This document shows positions 23,163 through 32,276 of a stretch of 32,276 nucleotides of DNA, one piece after another (within the stretch, counting starts at the first letter, position 1; each line of letters starts with the position of its first letter). The DNA lies in NCBI RefSeq assembly GCF_001186125.1, contig NW_014040527.1, positions 161,105 to 193,380 on the forward strand. The letters are read 5' to 3'. Both the position numbers and the translations under genes were made by a program. The stretch comes from Sphaeroforma arctica JP610. Lineage: Eukaryota. Below the pieces are notes generated by a model. That model ran no database searches, was not told the origin of the DNA, and worked only from the letters and a program-made list of their open reading frames with translations.

Positions 23163-23979
23163 CAACACACACATATATATATATATATATATTATATAAG
23201 NNNNNNNNNNNNNNNNNNNNNNNNNNNNNNNNNNNNNNNNNNNNNNNNNNNNNNNNNNNNNNNNNNNNNNNNNNNNNNNNNNNNNNNNNNNNNNNNNNNN
23301 NNNNNNNNNNNNNNNNNNNNNNNNNNNNNNNNNNNNNNNNNNNNNNNNNNNNNNNNNNNNNNNNNNNNNNNNNNNNNNNNNNNNNNNNNNNNNNNNNNNN
23401 NNNNNNNNNNNNNNNNNNNNNNNNNNNNNNNNNNNNNNNNNNNNNNNNNNNNNNNNNNNNNNNNNNNNNNNNNNNNNNNNNNNNNNNNNNNNNNTATATT
23501 TAAATAAATATATGTATGTATATGCGTGTACGTAGTTTTAGATAGATAAAGATATTTGGATATTTTTGTCCAAACTTAGAAAAAAAAGTCATTTGCGAGG
23601 AATTTGAACCTGTGGAGCTATGTGCACATATTTCACCTCATTGGCATTCGCTATTTATCATGGTTCATACTGAGTGAGTGGGGTGAGCGGGATATATTCC
23701 ACATATAGGCAATCCACAGTTCATTTGTGGTCCGATTTCTGGCTATAAGAATAGATTTGACAGTGAAATTGCCATCAGGCAATCCTAAATTTATACACAT
23801 ACCGAGACTTCTTTCGCCTTGAGGCTCGTCTCCGGGAGGTCCTTTGTTATATCAGTGTAAACTCCCAAGTTTGCATTCAGTATTTTGCAAGTGCAAATTG
23901 AACAACGCACCGCTCGAGGGTTCTTGTCCCCCGCGTGCCTCTCTGGCATTGGTGCATCTGTTTTACTAACTTCACTCAT
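22640..23979 (-). CDS. RABIF: Mss4/RABIF Rab-interacting zinc-binding protein; exons 23979-23803 and 22873-22640 (136 aa)
   Basis: NPRAVRCSICTCKIL (CxxC), FWEVSDMFDFENVGFSH and KYLTCADCEYGPIGW (CxxC) are hallmark Mss4 motifs. Phase-0 intron TCG|GTATGT...TTCAG|ACT. Confidence 0.95.
23201..23494. other. Assembly gap (N run) inside the Mss4 intron
   Basis: N run read directly. Confidence 1.
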
Positions 23980-25055
23980 TGTATATTTGTGTATTTACTG
24001 TGATTATCAGTCAGTTTGTTATACAAAACGAACAGTATCAGCACATATCCTAGCCTTCTAAATTATACAACATATTTATAGTACAAAATATACAAAAAAA
24101 TAAAGTAACCAAAAAACATGTGACGGACGATCATATTTTCAAGAGTTTTTTCACGCACAACCTATGGATAACCCTAATACCCTAAAACCCTAACAAGTAT
24201 CTTGTAGCGCCAAAGTTAGCGGGAATACTTGACACTAAGATGAACTCTAGCCGCCAGTGCTTGCGCTCGCGTACAGAGTGCGTATGTATTGAAATTGTGA
24301 GCATGTATGGTGTGTACGCCAGGAGTGAGCGCTTAGAGTACTTCGAAAGGGAAAAGATAAGGAGGTGAGTAAGTTTCAAACATCATTCGTATGTGATGCA
24401 GAAGCTTTCAATTGAACTTTAGTTGAGGTGCATGCACTTCGGTATGTACTTCGACATTGCTGATTTCACGAGCTATGTAAAATATGTCAGCTTTCAGCTC
24501 TTGGACATTCCAAATAGCCATTTTCCCCCATATCCTGGAATCGGGGCTTGTCTTCAGCTATGTTTATTCATATACTGATCGGTAAATGGTCATACTGGCA
24601 TAGCAATTATGATGTGCTGCTATAAGTCGATCCATTAGTACATCGCTTACCCACAGGCGTGCGATGCCGAAGCTATTACATATTTCATCTGGCCTGTGCG
24701 ATTTATCAGCGCTATGATTGATGAGCAAATCGTCGCTTTATTCAGAAATACATCTTATCGATAGTTATTCCATTGTTGACGCCAATCACAAGGACCCAGT
24801 CAGGTCAACGCCGTTTGAGATGTTGACAGATGCCACACATAGCGCTCGACCAGACTTTCAATGTGGCGCAAGATAAACGTATCTAAAACTGCACGCTCTC
24901 ATTTGCCCCTTTTCGGCCCTTTAGTTATGCACACATCTGTGCTGGACACCCCAGACTCAGAGTCTGTCCTGGATCATATAGCCAGTCCCTTGAGTTGTAT
25001 GTAGTCGCACGGACCAACAGTTTTTATATATCTGGCAATGAAGCTAAACCCAAGG

Positions 25056-28000
25056 TCATCGCAGTGGTTTGAGGCCTACCGTTGCAGAGAGATAATTAGA
25101 AAGAAAATTAAAAGGTCAGCACATGCGTCAAAGGTGGGCAAGACAGAGATGGGGTCCGCATAAAAAACCCCCCCCCCCCCCCAAAAAAAAAAACCCAGAA
25201 TTCGCCAGAGAAGCAAAACTTATGGAGCATATCACCAATGCCCAATAAGTACATGCAGTTAAAGACCTCAAACGATATGTAGTAATGTGACTGAGTTTTC
25301 GGCGCTTCGAGCTGAAGTGCGCATACGATCCCCCTATGTATTACTCGGGGATATTATAAAACTATGGTCCGCGGGTTCGAATCCCCGATTAGGAAGTTTT
25401 TCTTCTTCTTCTTTTCACAACGAGAACATATGAAAGAGATTCAACAGACAGCTGTGTTGACGATAGTGCATACCGAGCTTGACGCGCAGTGCGTTCGTGG
25501 CGTCCACTGACAGAGAGTCCTTCGCACCACCTCCGGCGCTCTCCAAATCCATATCTTTCGTCTCCTGCGGTTGCAGTTTCTCGAGCAATTTAGCAGCCTT
25601 CTCTCCCTTCTTGGCTCTGCCAGCGGCCTTATCGGAACTCTTCGCATCCCCCTTGAAGCTCAGAGCGTGCTTTTTACCACTCTTAGAGCTCGAGGACTTC
25701 GATTTGGTCTCGGTCTGCGCCTTTGGCTCGGTGATTGTGGCGGCTACGTGATGCGGCGTATCGGGTGCATCCTGGGGCATTGGTATGTCCATCAGGTCAG
25801 CATCCTCGTCGTCCACATCATCATCCGGAAGGGGAATGTTATCAAGGTCCATATCATCAGACTCGTCTCCGCTGATAGATTCGATTCGAGCGAGGTATTG
25901 CAAAACAGGTACAACGGTAATTGTCAATCATCACATTGCGTTGAATGGAAAGACAAAGAAAGGCGGCGATCAAGAATAGACGCGGAGTGAATATATCGAC
26001 AGGTGCTAATTCTAAACAACACGAACAATACCACCTCAATACACCGGCATGACTACAAAGATAACCCGGCAACTTCAACATAGAGGTTTCCAATATTCTC
26101 AACATCATCGCCAACTTCTAAACAGGACGTTCACATACCTTCTCCCCCTGATTTGACTACGATTACGACTACGACTGCGGCTTCTGCTTCGGCTCTTGCT
26201 GCTACGCCTGTCTCTGCTAATACTTCTATCACGGCTATGGCTCCTATCCCGACTACGCGACCGGGAACCAGCCCTATATTTCTTGTCCGTCCTTTCCCCG
26301 TCACTAGCACTCCGACTTCTGGCCCTCCTCTTGCGCCTGGGCCGCTTGCTACAATCAGACACCTCACCGTCCTCATTAGCGAGCGCTGTAGCCCTTCCAC
26401 CGGTACTAGCACTGCGACTGCGCGACCGTTTCCTCGAGCGCTGGGCCCTGTGCTCTCGATCGCTGTCGCTGTCGCTATCGCTATCGCTATCGCTATCGCT
26501 ATCGCTATCGCAATCACTGTCACTGCCACTGTCACCTGAGCTGCCTCTGCTATCCGTACTATCGGAACGGCCGCCACTGCGACTACGCGAGCGTGTGTGG
26601 CTGCGCCTGCTCCGTCTCGTACGGTCGCCAGTGCGTGTGGTAGACCGGACTCTGCTCCTGCTTCGGTGTCGTCTATCGCGGCTACTGCTCCTATATCTAC
26701 GGCGGCGTGACCGCGAACTCGAACCCGCGGCATGGCTCTCTCTAGGCCTATCCTCCGGCTGATCCAGGTCTTTGTACCCCGAGCGCCCTCTCTCACGTCC
26801 TCTGCTTCGGTCTCTATCTCGACGCTCATTTCGGCGCGATTCGCGACTCTGGTCGCGCTCGCCGCCGCGACCGCGCTCAGATCGGCGGCTGGGTCTGTCT
26901 CTGCTGTGGCCTCTATCGCGTTCCCGTCTCTCTCCGTCGCGGTCACGTGCGCTGTCCCTGTCCTTGCGCTCTCTTTCTCTGTCTCTTCGGCGCTCATCGT
27001 CGCGTGGGCGTTCACGGCGATCTCGATCGTCGTGCCGCGCGCGAGTAGACATGTTCTTATCTCTGCCCCTGGACGTCTCTCTGTCCCGATCTCGAGACGA
27101 CTTCCTACCTCTAGACCCGCCTGTATCTTTAGAAGTTCGATCCCTCGAGGACCTTCTCTCGCCCGACTCTCTCCTCGATGGTCGGCGTTCTCTGTCTCTC
27201 GCGGAGTCTCGTTCCTTAGACGACTTCCGCTCAGGCGATGACCTTCTCGCCCGGTCACGTGACGTGCGTCTGTCTCTATCTCTGTCTCTGTCTCGAGACG
27301 GTTTGCGATCACTGCGGTGGTCCCTGTCGCTTCTTCGCTCTTTCTGTCGCTCGGGTGACTGTGCCATCCCGTTGACGGCGATAGCGTTCACCTCAGCCGA
27401 TGCAGTGGCCGTGTCCGCCATCTCGACGTCTTCGTCATCATCGTCGTCCAGAAGATCATCGATAGCACTGATGCGTGGTTGCAACTGGTGGATGGGTGTA
27501 GTAGAAGTAAGCCATGTCCGTGTACTGGAATATGAGTGGAGATAAAAACAGGTTGCTCCTGGTGGCCGGATTTAGGTTTAAGGATTTAGGTTTATAGATT
27601 TAGGTTTACGGATTTAGGTTCATGGATTTAGGTTTACGGATTTAGGTTCATGGATTTAGGTTTACGGGGTTGGGTTGATGGTTCTAACTTCTGTCTTACC
27701 CTTTGTAATATGCAGTGGTACTGCACAGAGTCGTGTGCATGGGTGCGTTTTGTATTGGTTTAATGGGCATGTAAGCAGGAATCTACGACTGACATGAAGG
27801 CACCTACACTAACAACTACACCTACAACTACATCTAGACCTACAGCTACAGCGATACTTACACCTAGACCTACAGTTACAGCTACACCGATACTTACACC
27901 TAGACCTACAGCTACACCGATACTTACACCTAGACCTACAGCTACAGCTACACCGATACTTACACCTAGACCTACAGCTACAGCTACACCGATACTTACA

Positions 28001-30281
28001 CCTAGACCTACAGCTACAGCTACACCGATACTTACACCTAGACCTACAGCTACAGCTACACCGATACTTACACCTAGACCTACAGCTACAGCTACACCGA
28101 TACTTACACCTAGACCTACAGCTACAGCTACACCGATACTTACACCTAGACCTACAGCTACAGCTACACCGATACTTACACCTAGACCTACAGCTACACC
28201 GATACTTACACCTAGACCTACAGCTACAGCTACACCTAGACCGATACCAATACCTAGAACTAGACCGATACCAATACCTAGAACTAGACCGATACCAATG
28301 CCTAGACCGATACCAATACCAATACCTAGACCGATACCAATACCTAGACACAGACCTAGACCGATACTTACACATAGACCTAGACTTAGATCTAGACCGA
28401 TACCTACACATAGACCGATACCTACACATAGACCCAGACCTAGACCGATACCTACACAAAGACCTAGACCGATACCTAGACCACCTACAACCCTATACAT
28501 CAGCGGCTCATTATAACCACGTGTCATTTATATGCCAATTTAAAGCGCCTCACATACGTGCATCTGTAAGTGAACCATCTCCAAACGATGGCTATAAAAT
28601 TAAGCCTAGAACATCTCTGGAATGATCGGCCCATTGACTTCACTTCACTTCACATACCTGTCCGGTCTCTTCGAGGATAAACCGCTTCTGCACGCGCGGC
28701 ATTTGCACATCACACACACGCTCCTCGTGTAGCAGCTCGTCTACGAATTCGTCCACGTGTGAACGCACAAGCTTACCCAGCTTGTTCTTTACCCTGATGC
28801 AGCGGAAGTCATCGTACAATGGCTCCAAGTACTTGTAACAGTCTTGCGAATTAGCCGTCAGACGCAGGTACAAAGCACCCAGCAGACGAACGTATCTGGT
28901 GCCGTGAGAGGAGAAGTGTGACGTATCAGCTACACGCACACAGGTGGGTAAGGTGATAGATAGCTTGATTGAAGTGAGGACGCCTTACCAACTGCATGGT
29001 ATAGTACCTACAGACGTATCCCAACGTGCCCCTGGTCCACTGCCTGGTCGTAACATGTATCGGATGATATAATGTATGAAACATGACATACACTGGTCAC
29101 AAGTACCCCCTATACCACCCATCCACTCCTTTAGTACCCCCTATACCACCCATCCACTCTTTTAGTACCCCCTATACCACCCATCCACTCCTTTAGTACC
29201 CCCTATACCACCCATCCACTCCTTTAGTACCCCCTATACCACCCATCCACTCTTTTAGTACCCCCTATACCACCCATCCACTCCTTTAGTACCCCCTATA
29301 CCACCTATCCACTTCTTTAATCCACCTATACCACCCATCCACTCCTTTAATCCACCTATACCACCCATCCACTTCTTTAATCCACCTATACCACCCATCC
29401 ACTCCTTTAATCCACCTATACCACCCATCCACTCCTTTAATCCACCTATACCACCCATCCACTCCTTTAATCCACCTATACCACCCATCCACTCTCTTGT
29501 CGTAACATGTGTCGGATAATAGATAAATCATGTAGAAAGAAAACCATAACATACATTGTTGATTTAAGAGCGAGACTTATATACCTCTACAGCCTACAGT
29601 TCTTTCCTACTTTACAGTAACAACATACTATCTATATATAGAAAAGTGACAACATAACTTCCTATATATAGTAACAGCATACTATATGTGACACTAGGTC
29701 AGAGGTCATTCGCAGCCTATGGCATGTCGAAATGGTCATCTAACTATTTGAAATTGAAAGTTTCCAGTCCACATAGTATTGCACGAACTAACTTCATATA
29801 TATAGTAACAACATACTATCTATATATAGAAAAGTGACAACACAAATTCATATATAGTAGGAATATACTATATGCGACGATAGGTCAGAGATTATTCGCA
29901 GCCTATGGAATTTCAACAAGGTCATCTCCCTATGTGCCTATCAAAGTTTCAATCCACACAGTATAGCACAAACCTATATATATATATACATATGTATATT
30001 TATATAGAAACAACACCTCTTATATATAGTAACAACTGATTGAAACATGATGCATATAGGAATGTAGGTTCGGCTAACTGCGAAATCTACTGGGCGGGGA
30101 ACAGGGCTTCAATGCAATATACTGTTGCTCACAAATAAGATTCGACTTCACATTGAGTCTAATACGACATTCATATAATGGATACGTGTTGATTATTATG
30201 CAAAGCCACAACCACTTATACACATATATAGTAATGTATGTCGCATAATTGGCAGCAACGATGAAGATAGACTATATATAG

Positions 30282-30315
<34 letters not shown>

Positions 30316-30558
30316 GTATATATAGATATACCTATATACATATATATGTATATACATACATACATACATACTTATACACACACACACACACACATACACA
30401 CACATATGTATATATATATATACCTATATACATATATATGTATATACATACATACATACACACTTGTACACACACACACACACACATACACGCACGCAAA
30501 CATGCAAACATACACATACATACATATAGTAATAAATATACATATATATATATATACA

Positions 30559-30641
<83 letters not shown>

Positions 30642-31131
30642 CGTGGTGTACATGCGCACTACAATACACGCGCACATGGGTCTAGCGTATATGCGTGCGA
30701 TAACGAGTTGTCAAAAAAAAACGTTCCCGAGGGTGTATACACACATACGTGTTAAATGCCATTGTATACGAAGAGCATATTATAAATAGAACTCTCTATA
30801 TACGCTGAAACACCCTAACATATCAGCAGAACACGTCATACTTATAGTCTTCATTCTTTATGAACTCCACAATGATCTCCCTATCCGGTTGTATCTGCAA
30901 CATCTTCAGCAGCAAGCATATAAACGGCGTAGCTTTGACACTACCCCCATACACCCCCCCACAGTAGTTCAGGTCAACAGCCTTCTCCACCAATGACTCG
31001 GCTGTGAGGGCAAAACAGTCCTCTTTCCAATATCGGCAGTCGTATATACGTGTGCGTATGATCTTATCAACCAGGTGCTGGGGATTGCGCCCGTGTATTT
31101 GCATGGCATCTTTGGCTGTGACGTTGGCCAT
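25056..31131 (-). CDS. PRPF38A: Pre-mRNA splicing factor PRP38A with a long RS/RD domain and C-terminal HIND motif; exons 31131-30842, 28895-28658, 27484-26139, 25871-25474 and 25075-25056 (763 aa)
   Basis: [45 protein letters not shown]...[78 protein letters not shown] closely matches PRP38A. All four introns are GT-AG with consistent phases (2, 0, 2, 1). The CDS totals 2292 nt and ends GLKPLR-TGA. Confidence 0.95.
27568..27667. repeat. 14-bp tandem repeat (GGATTTAGGTTYAY-like) x7 in PRP38A intron 2
   Basis: Units start at 27568, 27582 ... 27652. Confidence 0.95.
27810..28490. repeat. Hexamer-based minisatellite (30/36-bp higher-order unit CCGATACTTACACCTAGACCTACAGCTACAGCTACA) in PRP38A intron 2
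   Basis: Read directly; it accounts for the three low-complexity ORFs at 27760-28527. Confidence 0.97.
29102..29494. repeat. Minisatellite of 7 x 31-bp then 6 x 30-bp units (core CCTATACCACCCATCCACT) in PRP38A intron 1
   Basis: Read directly. Confidence 0.97.
29616..29985. repeat. Diverged tandem duplication, period ~188 bp, in PRP38A intron 1
   Basis: AGTAACAACATACTATCTATATATAGAAAAGTGACAACA occurs at 29616 and 29804. TAGGTCAGAG..ATTCGCAGCCTATGG occurs in both copies. Confidence 0.9.
30272..30640. repeat. Compound (CA)n/(TA)n/(TACA)n microsatellite in PRP38A intron 1
   Basis: Read directly. Confidence 0.97.
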
Positions 31132-31769
31132 GGTGTCAGATGTACCGGGGGTTCAATCTAGCTGTGTGTGTGGTACTATTGATTAGCTGTGTGTGTGGTA
31201 CTATATATCGGTTCACATTTGGCTGCGAATGTGTAGGTGCGACACCAGCTGTGAGTGTGTACATGCACCACCACCCAGCAGGAAGGTAAAATATTACCAT
31301 ACGAAGGAGCACAGTCGACAAGGCCCCCGTTAAGATACTCTGTCGACTGTTAACGGACTATAGTACTAGTGTAAATATAAATACATACATACATACAAAT
31401 ATATACATACAAATGTACACACCTCTTGTGGTGTATAGATTTATTTATCTTCATCGCGTGAGTTAACCTAACCCAACAATGTACCGAACGTTTACCGCCA
31501 AATAGTTCTCCTTCCGGCTGTTGCCTCTCTGTAAAATAGCTTCTGTTGGCCTAATGGTGGTCTCACTCAACCCAAGAATGTACCGAACTGTTAGTCGCCC
31601 TATTGTTTTTCGCTCTCCCGGCAACAATCATTTTCGACGTACACTTACCATATCAGAAGTAAACAAAACCCCATCGCCCGCGACAGCATATATACATATA
31701 AATACGTACCAACACGTCCCAGCGTTTAAGTGTACATATAAACACACCCACACCCTCATCCTTTGCATC
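31132..31769. promoter_or_regulatory. Divergent (head-to-head) promoter region between PRP38A and PSMA4
   Basis: 638 bp lie between opposing ATGs. It contains a 10-bp inverted repeat (31311-31350) and a duplicated AACCCAA.AATGTACCGAAC motif. Confidence 0.65.
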
Positions 31770-32145
31770 ATGTCTCGTCGATATGACACACGCACAACCA
31801 TCTTCTCACCCGAGGGCCGACTATACCAGGTAGAGTATGCGATGGAGGCCATCTCCCACGCGGGTACGTGCATGGGGGTGCTCTGCAAGGAAGGCATTGT
31901 GCTTGCGGCGGAGAACAAGAACACATCCAAGCTCTTAGAGGCTTCCAAAAGTAGTGAGAAGATCTATAAGATTAATGACAGCATTGCTGTATGTGTAGCT
32001 GGGATTACAGCCGATGCCAATATTCTGATAGAGAACTTGCGCTTGACGGCACAGAGGTACTATTTGCAATATCAGGAAGACATTGGCTTCGAACAGCTTG
32101 TGCAGAGTCTTTGTGATTTGAAGCAAGGATACACACAGTACGGAG
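31770..32145 (+). CDS. PSMA4: 20S proteasome subunit alpha type-4 (alpha3/Pre9), first coding exon; the gene continues beyond the window
   Basis: Manual translation: [125 protein letters not shown]. Phase-1 donor G|GTATGC after 32145. Confidence 0.97.
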
Positions 32146-32205
32146 GTATGCGCGTTGTAATATTTGCAGCAGTTCATTTGATTATCTGTATGAGTTCGTC
32201 TTTCA

Positions 32206-32237
<32 letters not shown>

Positions 32238-32276
32238 ATATATATGTATGTATATGTATATGTATATGGGTATATA

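Noticed and set aside
25329..25396. Functional tRNA gene
   Set aside because: Only a T-arm/B-box is present; no D-arm, anticodon arm or proper acceptor stem could be formed.
25441..27545. Multiple long overlapping or antisense ORFs over PRP38A exons 3-4
   Set aside because: Shadow frames of the low-complexity RS/acidic coding sequence.
27760..28527. 240-255 aa ORFs ([20 protein letters not shown] and CRSRCKYR repeats)
   Set aside because: Translations of a hexamer-based minisatellite inside PRP38A intron 2. They are open in several frames simply because the unit lacks stops.
29102..29494. CRISPR-like periodic array
   Set aside because: Units are contiguous with no unique spacers, no cas genes are present, and the context is a eukaryotic intron.
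30196..30789. YIYI/VCVC/HTHT ORFs (also at 12026-12272, 18178-18688, 22067-22362 and 23091-23507)
   Set aside because: Microsatellite and N-gap artefacts.
31628..32177. Minus-strand ORFs 31628-31948 and 31935-32177
   Set aside because: Antisense shadows of the PSMA4 exon.

Overview
Eukaryotic genomic DNA with GT-AG introns, long (TA)n/(CA)n tracts and two N-gaps. The proteins look opisthokont, and the intron style suggests a unicellular holozoan such as an ichthyosporean (inference only). The left half (1-~16.5 kb) is a gene-poor transposon graveyard. It holds a decayed Ngaro/DIRS-type tyrosine-recombinase retrotransposon (~2.15-7.05 kb, minus) with internal duplications, an inverted diverged fragment of a related element (~7.1-7.45 kb), a heavily eroded Ty3/Gypsy pol (~7.6-10.3 kb, minus), a hairpin-rich MITE-like unit and other unassignable decayed ORFs. 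The right half carries five spliced host genes: (1) a Pro/Tyr-rich membrane protein whose frame is best restored by two 4-nt microexons; (2) a secreted ricin-B-like lectin with a Ser/Thr insertion; (3) Mss4/RABIF; (4) a 763-aa PRP38A ending in a Hub1-interaction (HIND) motif split by the last intron; (5) exon 1 of proteasome alpha3 (PSMA4), absent from the ORF track. The most notable signals are the HIND-bearing PRP38A, the 12 U1-complementary GUAAGUAU copies in its intron 2, and the candidate 4-nt microexon pair. All calls come from manual reading; no searches were run.
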